DNA of 42,314 nt from Veleropilina oligotropha (GCA_048128005.1 JBEUKZ010000068.1:372001-414314); one strand, 5' to 3'. Counted from the stretch's first letter, positions 21,896 to 33,289 are shown. Numbers and translations: made by a program. Notes: a model not told the origin generated them from the sequence alone.

Positions 21896-24800
21896 ACAGT
21901 ATCGGGCGACACTGTTTGATGTCACTAAGTATACAAAGTTCGTACCTCGATTTCTTGAGCATAGAGTTGATAAATATTTTTCACAGTTTGAAATGGTCGC
22001 AGGCAATTTGAAATGGCCTGTGGAATACTGGACTACGTTGTTGCAAAGTGCTTTGGTGGGAAGGGCACATGAGGTTTATGCGGCAATGCCCATAGGTCAG
22101 AGTTCAGATTATGGGTTAGTTAAAGAAGCGATATTGCGAGCATATGAGTTGGTACCTGAGGCATACCGTCAGAAATTTAGAAATTGTAAAAAGTGGAACA
22201 GTGAAACTTATGTGGAGTTTAGTAGAAACAAAATGGCCATGTTTGATCGATGGTGTACCTCAAAAGAAGTAGGTCAAGATCATGAGAGGTTGAGGCAGTT
22301 AATATTGATAGAAGAATTTAAAAGTTGCGTTCCTAATGACATACAAACATATCTGGATGAACAAAAGGTTGATACGGTAGAAGATGCATCTAGAATGGCA
22401 GATGAGTACGCACGCACCCACAAAACTACTCGGCAGCGTAATTATGGGAATGACGGAGGCTATCCAGTCAGTAATAGTCTGGGTAAAGGTCCTGTTAATC
22501 TAAGATCAGGTAACCAAGGTAAAAATAACCCACGAGGCCCTCTATCTAGCTATGAATCTTCAGCAAATGGATCAGGTGCATATCATTCCCAGAGACAAGG
22601 ATACAATCCAGGGATAGCTAGGGACCCCCCTCGGTCAGGTATCTCTAGGAGTAATATTTCAACAGGGTCAGTAGCGCCAAATGTTACTTGTACAAATTGC
22701 AAAAGGCGTGGTCATTTGGTTAGCGAGTGTTGGTTTTTGAATAATAGAAATATGATGAAAGCATCCTCCCATGCATTTGTGGCAGTAATTGATCGCACAA
22801 CGGAAGGGAAGGTAGGAGGGTATTCACAATGTACTGAGGAAAAGTCAACAGAGGTAGATGAATCCAAAGGGGGTTATTTGCCATTTTTGTCAAAAGGGAG
22901 AGTGTCGTTGGAAGAAGATTGTTCAGAGGTACATAAGGTAGAGATACTCAGAGATACAGGTGCAAATCAGACACTAATGTTGGATAGTGTCATCCCAATA
23001 TCAGAGAAAACATCAACGGGAGCTAGAGCGCTTATGCAGGGAATAGATAGTAAATTTTTGCAGGTTCCACTTCATAAGATTTACTTAGACTCAGAGTTGG
23101 TGAAAGGTTATGTCACAGTAGGAATTATGTCAATACTTCCAGTACCAGGTGTTTCATTTATCATGGGTAATGACATTGCAGGAGATAGAGTTGGAGTTGT
23201 GCCACATGTCATAGAAAAGCCATATGATATAGAAGACAGTGAGGCGATCGAGGAGGATAGTTTGAAAATCTATCCATCATGTGTGGTTACAAGGGCAAGG
23301 TCAAAAGAAATAGAAACAATGGTGGAAGACAAATCCGATGAGGTAGAAATTGCAGGGACATTTCTTGATGAAACAAGAGAGATGAAGGATAGTGTGACAG
23401 AGAAAGAAATAGGTAAATCCAAGATTAAGGAGTTAGGTAAAGGGGAGCGACAAATTCGGTCCGAAATGTCACCAGAGCTAGGGTTAATCTCTAGGGATCA
23501 GTTGTTGATAGAACTGATGAAGGATCCAGAACTCAAATTTCTTATAGAACAGGCAAGTACAGAGGAAATTGATACTATGCCAGTTGCTTACTATTTGAAG
23601 GCAGGGGTGCTCATGAGAAAATGGCGACCTCCAGATAGTGAAGTTTGCGATGAATGGAGAACAGTGCATCAGTTGGTAGTTCCATTGGTATATCGAAATG
23701 AGGTTCTCAGATTGGCTCATGATACTTTACTAGCAGGTCATTTAGGGGTCGGTAAAACATACCAAAAGGTGATGTCACATTTTTATTGGCCTGGTTTACA
23801 GAAAGATGTAAAGGTGTACTGTAGGACGTGTCATAATTGTCAGATGGTAGGAAAGCCCAATCAAGGTATTCCTAAAGCTCCACTAAAACCCATTCCGGCT
23901 TTTGAGGAACCTTTCAGTAGGGTATTGGTAGATTGTGTAGGACCATTACCTCGTACCAAGTCAGGCAATAAGTATCTGCTAACAATCATGTGTACTTCTA
24001 CAAGATTTCCAGAAGCTATCCCATTGCGTAATATCAAAGCAAGGACTATTTGTAAGGCATTGGTGAAGTTTTTCACTCTAGTTGGGTTACCGAAGGCTAT
24101 TCAGTCAGATCAAGGATCTAATTTCATGTCTGGTATATTTCAGCAGGTTATGCATGAGTTGAAGATAACTCAGTATAAATCCAGTGCTTACCATCCTGAA
24201 TCACAAGGAGCTTTGGAGCGTTTTCACCAAACGTTGAAAAATATGTTAAGGGTGTATTGTTTGGACAATGAGAAGGATTGGGATGAAGGTGTTCCCTTTG
24301 TGCTGTTTGCAGCTAGAGAGGTGGTACAGGAATCTCTAGGATTCAGCCCTTTTGAATTGGTTTTTGGTAGATTGGTTAGAGGACCACTAAAACTATTAAA
24401 AGAAATGTGGTTGAATGAGGAGCCAGAGCTCCATCTGTTGGACTATGTATCGGAATTCAAGGAGAGATTCCATAGAGCGGGTGAGTTGGCAAAGGCAAAT
24501 TTAAAAACTAGTCAGGGAAAAATGAAAACATGGTATGATCAGAATAGTAAGATTCGGAATTTTGAACCAGGAGATTCAGTGTTAATACTCCTACCCATAC
24601 CAGGCCATCCATTGTCAGCCAGATATTGTGGTCCATATGAAGTGAGAAAGAAAGTGAATGAAACTGACTATGTTGTCAATACGCCAGACAGAAGAAAGGC
24701 TAGAAGGTTGTGTCATGTTAATATGATGAAAGTCTATCACATCAGAGACGAAGAAAGAATAAATCGGACAGTATGTTTGACTAGCTTAGAAAATTTGGAT

Positions 24801-26246
24801 GTAGATATGGGACCTGAAGTTAAATTGAGCAATTCAGATGTGTTGGAAAATTTGGAAAGAAAGTTGGAGCATGTGACTGTAGAGCAAAGACTTGAATTAA
24901 CTTCATTGATTAATGAATATGTCCACTTATTTCCAGACAATCCAGGTAGAACTAACTTGGTGTATCATGATATAGACATTGGGGAAGCATCTCCGATCAA
25001 ACAGCATGCCTATCGTGTAAATCCAATCAGACTTGGAGAGATCAGAAAGGAGATACAATATATGCTAGATAATGACATCATTGAACCCAGTAGTAGTCCT
25101 TGGAGTTCCCCATGTTTAGCAATACCAAAATCAGACGGAGGAATACGTCTCGTTACAGATTTCAAAAGAGTTAATTCACTCTGTAGATCTGATTCATACC
25201 CCATACCTAGGATAGATGATTGTATAGATAAAATAGGCAATGCTAGATTTGTATGTAAATTTGATTTACTTAAGGGATACTGGCAAATCCCACTTACTGA
25301 GAGGGCAAAGCAAATTTCAGCTATGGTGACACCAGAAGGCCTTTATCAATACAAAGTCATGCCCTTCGGACTAAAAAATGCACCAGCAACTTTCCAGCGG
25401 CTGATTAATCGCATAATTTCGAATGTGGACTGGTGTGAAGCATACATCGATGACATTATAGTTGCAACATATGAATGGCACGATATGATGTATTCAGTCA
25501 GAGAACTGTTTACTCAGTTGTCACGGGCTCAGCTCACGATAAACTTATCTAAGAGTGAATTTGCGCAGGCAACAGTGGTTTACTTGGGTCACATCGTGGG
25601 ACAAGGTCAGGTAAGACCTGTGCAGGCCCAAGTAGAAGCGATTCTGCAATATCCTCCTCCAACCACACGGAAAGAGTTGTTACGGTTCCTTGGGATGGTA
25701 GGATACTACCGGCGTTTTTGTCGGAATTTTTCGCAAATATGTGCTCCCTTAACAGACTTGCTCAAGAAGAACCAGACATTCATTTGGGCCGACAGCCAGC
25801 AGAAATCCATGGCAGACATTAAGGTCCTCCTCATAAATGAACCAGTGCTCGCCATGCCGAACTTTGAGAAGACATTCAAAATTTTTGTCGACGCCAGTGA
25901 TATTGGAGCGGGAGCTGTATTACAGCAAGAAGATGAACAGGGCATAGAACACCCAGTGTGCTACTACAGCAAGAAGTTTGATTGCCACCAGCGCAATTAC
26001 TCGACTGTAGAAAAAGAGACTCTCGCTCTCATACTAACTCTTCAGCACTTCGAGGTATATTTGAACACCACTGCCCATCCCATACAAGTGTTCACTGATC
26101 ACAACCCACTCGTGTTCGTCAGCAAAATGCGAAACAAGAATCAGAGGCTAATGCGATGGAGTCTACAATTAGATACATTTAATTTGGACATTCGGCACAT
26201 ACGTGGCAAGGAAAATGTCGCAGCGGATGCATTGTCGCGTGTTTAG
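21858..26246 (+). CDS. Gag-pol: SCAN-like capsid region, CCHC knuckle, protease, integrase, RT, RNase H
   Basis: CTNCKRRGHLVSEC; LRDTGA; H..GH..C..C, VDCVGP, SDQG, ERF, GPY; DLLKGYWQ, MPFGL, YIDD; DAS, TDH, DALSR. Confidence 0.97.
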   Translation: MDLERVRLEEQGRQYRATLFDVTKYTKFVPRFLEHRVDKYFSQFEMVAGNLKWPVEYWTTLLQSALVGRAHEVYAAMPIGQSSDYGLVKEAILRAYELVPEAYRQKFRNCKKWNSETYVEFSRNKMAMFDRWCTSKEVGQDHERLRQLILIEEFKSCVPNDIQTYLDEQKVDTVEDASRMADEYARTHKTTRQRNYGNDGGYPVSNSLGKGPVNLRSGNQGKNNPRGPLSSYESSANGSGAYHSQRQGYNPGIARDPPRSGISRSNISTGSVAPNVTCTNCKRRGHLVSECWFLNNRNMMKASSHAFVAVIDRTTEGKVGGYSQCTEEKSTEVDESKGGYLPFLSKGRVSLEEDCSEVHKVEILRDTGANQTLMLDSVIPISEKTSTGARALMQGIDSKFLQVPLHKIYLDSELVKGYVTVGIMSILPVPGVSFIMGNDIAGDRVGVVPHVIEKPYDIEDSEAIEEDSLKIYPSCVVTRARSKEIETMVEDKSDEVEIAGTFLDETREMKDSVTEKEIGKSKIKELGKGERQIRSEMSPELGLISRDQLLIELMKDPELKFLIEQASTEEIDTMPVAYYLKAGVLMRKWRPPDSEVCDEWRTVHQLVVPLVYRNEVLRLAHDTLLAGHLGVGKTYQKVMSHFYWPGLQKDVKVYCRTCHNCQMVGKPNQGIPKAPLKPIPAFEEPFSRVLVDCVGPLPRTKSGNKYLLTIMCTSTRFPEAIPLRNIKARTICKALVKFFTLVGLPKAIQSDQGSNFMSGIFQQVMHELKITQYKSSAYHPESQGALERFHQTLKNMLRVYCLDNEKDWDEGVPFVLFAAREVVQESLGFSPFELVFGRLVRGPLKLLKEMWLNEEPELHLLDYVSEFKERFHRAGELAKANLKTSQGKMKTWYDQNSKIRNFEPGDSVLILLPIPGHPLSARYCGPYEVRKKVNETDYVVNTPDRRKARRLCHVNMMKVYHIRDEERINRTVCLTSLENLDVDMGPEVKLSNSDVLENLERKLEHVTVEQRLELTSLINEYVHLFPDNPGRTNLVYHDIDIGEASPIKQHAYRVNPIRLGEIRKEIQYMLDNDIIEPSSSPWSSPCLAIPKSDGGIRLVTDFKRVNSLCRSDSYPIPRIDDCIDKIGNARFVCKFDLLKGYWQIPLTERAKQISAMVTPEGLYQYKVMPFGLKNAPATFQRLINRIISNVDWCEAYIDDIIVATYEWHDMMYSVRELFTQLSRAQLTINLSKSEFAQATVVYLGHIVGQGQVRPVQAQVEAILQYPPPTTRKELLRFLGMVGYYRRFCRNFSQICAPLTDLLKKNQTFIWADSQQKSMADIKVLLINEPVLAMPNFEKTFKIFVDASDIGAGAVLQQEDEQGIEHPVCYYSKKFDCHQRNYSTVEKETLALILTLQHFEVYLNTTAHPIQVFTDHNPLVFVSKMRNKNQRLMRWSLQLDTFNLDIRHIRGKENVAADALSRV

Positions 26247-26410
26247 TCGTACCCATCTGCCGAAAACAACAAAAAACTAACAAACATGAACTCGTTATAT
26301 AATTTTATTTTATATGCTTTTGTGTACCATAATGTATGATATTGATGACTTAATACTAGTAGATTTAATAATATAGTGAAGTATTGCTCTGATGATCAAC
26401 ACTTCTCTTT

Positions 26411-26421
26411 AAGGTGGGGAG
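26411..26421 (+). promoter_or_regulatory. Polypurine tract
   Basis: AAGGTGGGGAG directly before the second LTR. Confidence 0.85.
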
Positions 26422-27002
26422 TGTGATATGTCACCAATGTTTTGTATTGTGAGATCGTCCGAACATATTATGGACAGTTCATATGCACTTGGCTAGTTGC
26501 ATCAGTTGAGTGTTAGTGGGGGAACTCCAAAGTAGGTCAGAAACAAAGCAAGCTTAATTGGTCTCTTTTGTTCAACTACAGGCTAGGAAGGATAGGAATA
26601 GACATGAGAAGCATGAGCTTTTAGATCAGAGTTTGAGAGAGAAGAGGTGGGGTAAGATGTGTGTGGTTGGAGGAGGAAAAGTAAGAAGCTAAAAGAAATG
26701 TGGTATGAGATGAAATGGCCTAAGAGCCAAAAGACTGAAGGTAAAGCTAAGAACTAAGTTACTGTGAATAGCAGATAATCACGAGGTGGAGATCGTGACA
26801 CAATAAGGAGCGCGTGTAAAGGGTTATCGATGTTCCAGGTTGCGCGAGTTTCAGGAATTTGCTTGCCCAAACTAATGACTATTATAGGTTGCCAGACTAA
26901 ATGTATTGATATTGTATTTTTGTATCTAAGTAAATTGTATTATATTTCATAACCGAGTTTGATCTTTCTATTTTGTGTGGGTCCAATACACCACCCATAA
27001 CA
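26422..27002 (+). repeat. Second LTR (581 bp), followed by a duplicated PBS and leader (27003-27095)
   Basis: Near identity with 20699-21372. Confidence 0.96.
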
Positions 27003-27649
27003 AATTGGGGGCTCGTCCAAGGTGTGAACAAATGTGAGCAATTAGGATAGTAGTGTTATTTTATTAAAGGTAACTATATTAAAATCAGTAATTGTATGTT
27101 CTTCATCCTGTGAACACCCCCCAGTCGGTTAGGGGTTAGAATATGCCGACTGCTCTCCCTGCAGAGGGGTAAGATCCCCCCAAATGGGAGCCACCTGTTA
27201 GCCGTGGGTGGCGACCCGTGATGTTGGAGAAGAGGATCCTGGTAGTTGAGCTTCGGCCTTGGCTGAAGCAACACACTACTTTGGCCTCGGATTCAGCTAG
27301 ACGGGAGATCAGATAGGCCCTATCTGATCAATCGGCTTGTCACGCCGTGCCCTGGGATAATTTAACATTTTAATATAACATTTTAATTTTACATCTTAAA
27401 ACATGTCATATCATAGATCATTTACCATCCATTGATCTATATCCCAGAAGGCGGTGGCTGAAGGGTCAATCAAGTGAGGAATGAATGGTGGGATATACAC
27501 TTCCCACCACTAATATTCATTCACTTATTTGAGTATATCACCCGGGTATCCCTGGCATTGGGTGCCGGAACTCCGCACCTGTTAAGTGCCCCCTTGTTGG
27601 GCTCCAGGGTGGGCGGGGACCTCGGGTGACGAAACATAACACACAAATC

Positions 27650-29148
27650 ATGGCACACAAAGCAAACTATCATGCACCTAAACGGCGCAGAAACAACAAA
27701 AATATAGATTCTGATGATGACGATGATGATGCTAAATTTATGGCCGCTTTCCGGTCTACTCCTTACGACCCTGAGATAGAGGCTCCATATAAGCCTGATC
27801 CTCCACCTCCTGTACCGGAAAGCTGGCCCCGTTTTTTAACGGTGGAATCGCTTAACTCTAATACACCGATCACTTCGTTGAGTCCGTTCGCCATATCCAA
27901 GGCCATTCTCGGCCTGGCAGGCGAACCGCGATCCGTTAAAAAACTTAGAGATGGCACACTACTGGTTGAATGCGCCAGGAAGAGCCATGCGGAGAACCTA
28001 CTTCGTACTGACAAATTTGTCAACATTCCAGTTGAAGTCAGACCGCATCGGTCTTTGAACAGCTCCAAGGGAGTTATTAGATCTAGGGACCTGCAGGGAT
28101 GCAGTGAACCCGAACTGCTGGAAGGCATGAGTAGTCAGGGTGTAACCAAGGTTACACGCCTGACAATGTTCAAGGATGGGAAGAAAGTCCCCATCAACAC
28201 CATCATCTTGGACTTCCGCCTTCCAGTGCTTCCCAAATCTGTAAAAGCTGGTTACATTAGTATCCCTGTTGAGCCCTACATCCCAAACCCCTTGAGATGC
28301 TTCAAATGCCAGACATTTGGGCATCACAAAGACCGATGCAAAAGAAACTCTGCATGTGCTCGTTGTAGCGAGGAGGGTCACGAGTCTGACTCTTGCTCCA
28401 ATCCACCACTATGCTGCAATTGCAAGGGTAAGCATTTTGCTTACTCTAAGGACTGCCCGAAGTGGAAGCATGAGAAAGAGATCCAAAGGGTCAAAACTAT
28501 CGACCGGATCTCTTTCCCTGATGCCAGGAAACTGGTTGAATCCAGGACTACTTCGGGTAGATCCTATGCAGTTGCTACAGCAAAGGAGCAGAGACCTGTC
28601 ACTCGATCCTCCTCCACGCAAACGGACATCACCTGGCCATTTGGCGCAGCTTTCTTCAGTACTTTGCCATCTCTAAACAATTAGCATCATCATCATCATC
28701 ATCATCAACACAAACGTCTAAACCAATCAAACCAATCAAGCCTACTCACAATTCGAAAAAAGAGACTGCTGCTGTTTCAAAAGCAGCAGTCCCAAAACGA
28801 AAAAACATTAAACCAGACAGACAGCCCAAAGGGTCCGAGGACCCAATTAAGCTGCATAATCGCTTTGATCATCTGATGGATACCATCGAACCATCAGATG
28901 ACCAAAGCGATCCTGACACCATCATCAACGACCTTGCCGCTGACATAGTTGCTGCTGCTACCGAGAAGGGTAGGAAGGCAGCAGCAGCAGCTGTCAAAGT
29001 AAAGCTTAACAGACAGACTAAGGTGGTGGATGATCCACCCCAACCACCACCGGCTGTCGAGGATCCAATGGATGACGATCAACCATTGGATCAGCCACCG
29101 ACAAAGCCAAAACCTTCAAAAAAGCCCGTACTTCCACCAAACAAGTAG
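27650..29148 (+). pseudogene. LINE B ORF1 with one frameshift near 28676
   Basis: Three zinc knuckles; adding one base at CTAAAC restores the frame through KGSEDPIKLHNRF to 29148, as in the copy at 37883. Confidence 0.88.
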
Positions 29149-29202
29149 TAAATTTTAAAGCAATATACACAAATCACTATATAAATACACCAACAACACA
29201 AC

Positions 29203-32200
29203 ATGATAGGTACACTAATACAATGGAATTGTAGAGGCATTAAACCGAACATTGATGAGATTAATTTACTAATACAAGACCACAAACCTATAGCATTTTG
29301 TCTCAATGAAACTTACATGAAACTCACAGACAACATACGTATTAAAGACCACTCACTATATAATCACATTGTCACCACAGGTGACAAGGCTACAGGGGGG
29401 GTTTCAATCATCATTAGCAACAGAACACCACACAGTCAGGTCAACTTAAACACCAACTTACAGGCAGTAGCGGTGAAAATATCGACTCACCGAGTAATAA
29501 CTATTTGCTCGGTATACTTACCACCTAGCATAAACATACATCCTACTGACCTTGACGATCTCATCAATCAGCTACCGATCCCATTTGTACTGTGTGGCGA
29601 TTTTAACGCCCATAGTACTGATTGGGGCGGTACTGACACAGATAAACGGGGACATCAAATAGAGGACTTTATCGGGAGACACAATTTGTGCCTATTTAAT
29701 ACTACCAAATCGCCAACATACATGCATCCACCTACAGGCTCACTTACCACCATTGACCTTACCATGTGCGACCCATCTGCTTTCTTGGACTTTACTTGGA
29801 AAGTTGGCGAGGACCTCCGCGGAAGCGACCACTTTCCAATTTTCCTGGAAAGCACAATTAACCAAGCACAAATATACACTGAAAGGTGGAAACTTCGCAA
29901 AGCAGATTGGACAAAATTCCAATCTCTTTGCGAAGAGCAATTACACCCAGACCACTTAACTAATGGCGAAGACCCAATATCAAGTTTCTCTATAACATTA
30001 CATGACATTGCAACGCTATCAATTCCAAAGACCTGTCCAAATGCCAAACACAAAAATAAACCTTGGTTTAATGAAGACTGCAGACAAGCAATCAAAGCAC
30101 GCATACATGCAATTTCAACATTTAAACAGCACCCAACACTACAAAATCTTAATAGCTTTAGGCTATTAAGAGCACAAGCCAGACGTACCATCAAGCACAG
30201 CAAAAGGGAATCCTGGCATTCCTACGTTACCAAACTAAACTCTCGTTCCACTATTAAAAAAACATGGGATATGATCCGTAAAATTAGTGGCAAACATACA
30301 CCCAACTGCATCAAGCACCTTAAAACAAACACATCAGAAGCAACCACAGCTAAAGACATTGCAAACACATTGGCAGATACATTTTCTGCCAATTCATCAT
30401 CCGACAACTGCACTCCAAAATTCAGCCGTTTTAAGCATCAAAAAGAAAAAACAAGGCTCAATTTTAGATCCAACAATACAGAGTCATACAATCAGCCATT
30501 TTCACACAAGGAACTCACAGATTCACTAAACAAGGCACATGACACATCAGTTGGCCCTGATGACATTCACTATCAATTACTTAAGCACTTACCTGGAACA
30601 TCACTTACAACTCTACTTGCAATATTCAATACTATCTGGGAAACTGGAACCTTCCCTCCCTCGTGGAGGGAAGCTACAATTATCCCAATTGCAAAGGCGG
30701 GAAAAGATACATCACATCCCAACAGTTATCGACCCATAGCCCTGACGAGTTGTATTTGTAAAACCATGGAAAGGATGATAAACGAGAGATTAGTTTGGTA
30801 CTTAGAATCAAATAATTTACTTACAGAATATCAATGTGGGTTCCGGCGCAACCGGAGCACCACAGATCACTTGGTACGTCTGGAAACATTTGTTCGTGAG
30901 GCCTTCCTAAACAGACAACATTTAGTTGCTGTTTTTTTCGATCTAGAGAAGGCCTACGACACTACTTGGAAGTACGGGGTTATGAATGATTTGTTTGATT
31001 TTGGTTTAAAGGGCCACTTGCCCAATTTTATTTCGAAATTCCTTGAGGATAGAAATTTTCAAGTTAAGGTGGGTGACGCCCTCTCCGATATCCACGACCA
31101 GGAGATGGGTGTCCCTCAAGGAAGTATTTTATCAGTCACCCTATTCAGTATTAAAATAAACAGTATCGTCAAATGTATTAGTACTGGCACTGACTGTTCA
31201 TTGTTTGTCGACGATTTTGGCATTTGCTATCGTTCGACAAATATGAACAGTATAGAACGCCAGCTACAACATGGCCTAAATAAATTACAGATATGGTCCG
31301 ATGAGAATGGATTCAAATTCTCAAAGGACAAAACTAAATGCATGCACTTCTGCCAGCGTCGTGAAATACATGACGACCCTGTGTTAAAGCTGGATGACTT
31401 TGAAATTCCAGTGGTAGATCAATTAAAATTTTTAGGCCTTATATTTGACCGAAAACTGTCTTTCATACCTCATTTAAAATACATCAAAGCCAAATGTAAA
31501 AAAGCTTTAAATTTAATGAAAGTAGTTTCTAATACTGAATGGGGTGCTGATAAAAAAGTTTTATTACGCCTTTACAGATCATTAATTAGATCAAAACTTG
31601 ATTATGGGAGCATAGTATATGGCTCTGCTCGCCATTCATATCTTAAAATGCTTGATCCAATCCATAATCAAGGGCTTCGACTTGCACTAGGGGCTTTCCG
31701 CACATCACCCATGGAAAGCCTCTACGTCGAAGCCAATGAACCATCTCTTACACTCAGACGTGAAAAACTATCACTACAATACGCAATAAAATTAAAATCA
31801 AATCCATCTAACCCAGCTTTCGAAACTGTCTATACACCAAATTACGTAAATCTATTTCAGGCAAAACCAAACAAAATTGCACCGTTTGGCATCCGCATAA
31901 AACCAGCACTAGAAAATGCGGGCATACATGTAGGTCAAATTAAAACAATTCACATTCCGGATACTCCACCATGGACACTTAAAGTACCGGTAATTGATCT
32001 ACAACTTACATCACTCAAAAAATCAAACACAGACACATCAGATTATCTCATAAAAGTGCACGATCTGAAATTAAAATATTCAGATCGTGCAAGCATATAC
32101 ACAGATGGTTCTAAAGATGCAGAATTAGTAGGAGCAGCCGCTGTCACTGGCAGACAATGTTTTCAAAACCGTCTGCCAGGCAGCGCGACTATTTATACTG

Positions 32201-32886
32201 CAGAACTAAAAGCAATCGAGCTTGCTCTTAATTTTATCTCTACAAGTACTAAACGGCGTTTTATTATCTATTCAGACTCCCTCTCTAGCTTACAAGCACT
32301 CAGGGAGATGAATAGAAATGTTATTGTACAGGAAATTTTATTAAACTATAACAACCTTTTACCTGACAATGACATTGTTTTATGCTGGATACCGAGCCAT
32401 ATCGGTATCCAAGGCAATGAGAAGGCTGACCAAGCTGCCAAGGCAGCCTCACATTTTAACAATATACTAAATTGTAAACTACCACACTCAGATTTTAAAC
32501 AAAGCATAAACAAATATATAAATTCTACTTGGCAGCACTCTTGGAGTGAATGCACAAGGAATAAACTGCAGAATGTCCAACCTCTTCTTGGTGACTGGGG
32601 ACCCTCTTGCAGGCCATCTCGGCGAGAGGAGGTCGTCTTGGCCAGACTGAGAATTGGGCATTCTCACTACACTCACTCCTATTTGCTTAAAGGGGAGCCT
32701 CCACCTGAGTGTATTCCTTGTGCAACTGCCCTAACAATTAAACATATATTATTGGATTGTGTCGATTTGGATCTCGCACGCCAAATGTATTTTAGGGCAA
32801 ATTCACTCCAAGAGTTATTTAATCTTAATAAGCTCGTAGCCGTATTTGAATTTTTAAAACAGGTAAATATTTTCCATAAGTTATAA
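29203..32886 (+). CDS. LINE B ORF2: APE endonuclease-RT-RNase H-zinc knuckle
   Basis: QWNCRG, GDFNAH, GSDHFP; GVPQGS, FVDD; YTDGS, WIPSHIGIQGNE; CIPC..HILLDC. Confidence 0.97.
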   Translation: MIGTLIQWNCRGIKPNIDEINLLIQDHKPIAFCLNETYMKLTDNIRIKDHSLYNHIVTTGDKATGGVSIIISNRTPHSQVNLNTNLQAVAVKISTHRVITICSVYLPPSINIHPTDLDDLINQLPIPFVLCGDFNAHSTDWGGTDTDKRGHQIEDFIGRHNLCLFNTTKSPTYMHPPTGSLTTIDLTMCDPSAFLDFTWKVGEDLRGSDHFPIFLESTINQAQIYTERWKLRKADWTKFQSLCEEQLHPDHLTNGEDPISSFSITLHDIATLSIPKTCPNAKHKNKPWFNEDCRQAIKARIHAISTFKQHPTLQNLNSFRLLRAQARRTIKHSKRESWHSYVTKLNSRSTIKKTWDMIRKISGKHTPNCIKHLKTNTSEATTAKDIANTLADTFSANSSSDNCTPKFSRFKHQKEKTRLNFRSNNTESYNQPFSHKELTDSLNKAHDTSVGPDDIHYQLLKHLPGTSLTTLLAIFNTIWETGTFPPSWREATIIPIAKAGKDTSHPNSYRPIALTSCICKTMERMINERLVWYLESNNLLTEYQCGFRRNRSTTDHLVRLETFVREAFLNRQHLVAVFFDLEKAYDTTWKYGVMNDLFDFGLKGHLPNFISKFLEDRNFQVKVGDALSDIHDQEMGVPQGSILSVTLFSIKINSIVKCISTGTDCSLFVDDFGICYRSTNMNSIERQLQHGLNKLQIWSDENGFKFSKDKTKCMHFCQRREIHDDPVLKLDDFEIPVVDQLKFLGLIFDRKLSFIPHLKYIKAKCKKALNLMKVVSNTEWGADKKVLLRLYRSLIRSKLDYGSIVYGSARHSYLKMLDPIHNQGLRLALGAFRTSPMESLYVEANEPSLTLRREKLSLQYAIKLKSNPSNPAFETVYTPNYVNLFQAKPNKIAPFGIRIKPALENAGIHVGQIKTIHIPDTPPWTLKVPVIDLQLTSLKKSNTDTSDYLIKVHDLKLKYSDRASIYTDGSKDAELVGAAAVTGRQCFQNRLPGSATIYTAELKAIELALNFISTSTKRRFIIYSDSLSSLQALREMNRNVIVQEILLNYNNLLPDNDIVLCWIPSHIGIQGNEKADQAAKAASHFNNILNCKLPHSDFKQSINKYINSTWQHSWSECTRNKLQNVQPLLGDWGPSCRPSRREEVVLARLRIGHSHYTHSYLLKGEPPPECIPCATALTIKHILLDCVDLDLARQMYFRANSLQELFNLNKLVAVFEFLKQVNIFHKL

Positions 32887-33204
32887 TTTTATTTATACTT
32901 TTATTTCCTTTATGACTAAATTCTACATAAATTTATTTTATTTTATTATACTATTTTATTATTATACTCGTTTTTAGCAAACATTTGATCTTATTTTTAT
33001 CCAAATTTGCATTGTGTTTATTTTACTTGTAAATATATTGAATTGTTTTTATTATTTATCACATGTTTATTGCATTGATATTTTATTAGTAAATATATAT
33101 CTCAACTTTTAACTTTTTATATTAAACTATTGTATAATTAACTTGACCGACCCGATTATGACCATTAGTGTCGGCGTGGTCGTTAAACATCAAATCAAAT
33201 CAAA

Positions 33205-33240
33205 TCTATTTTGTGTGGGTCCAATACACCACCCATAACA
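33205..33240 (+). repeat. Terminal 36 bp of the gypsy LTR
   Basis: TCTATTTTGTGTGGGTCCAATACACCACCCATAACA followed by TSD CTAG. Confidence 0.93.
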
Positions 33241-33289
33241 CTAGCTTCTACTACAGGAAACGTGATATCCGTCTCATTCTCGCAATAAC

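Larger units (their letters stand above)
27117..33205 (+). mobile_element. Full-length I/Nimb-like LINE, family B
   Basis: 5' end CCCCCAGTCGG shared with the copy at 37348; ORF1, ORF2, 3' UTR and (CAAAT)3 tail; no TSD. Confidence 0.95.
20699..33240 (+). mobile_element. Gmr1-like Ty3/gypsy LTR retrotransposon (outer bounds, including nested LINE B)
   Basis: 4-bp TSD CTAG at 20695-20698 and 33241-33244; TG..CA LTRs; PBS; PPT; pol order PR-INT-RT-RH. Confidence 0.93.
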
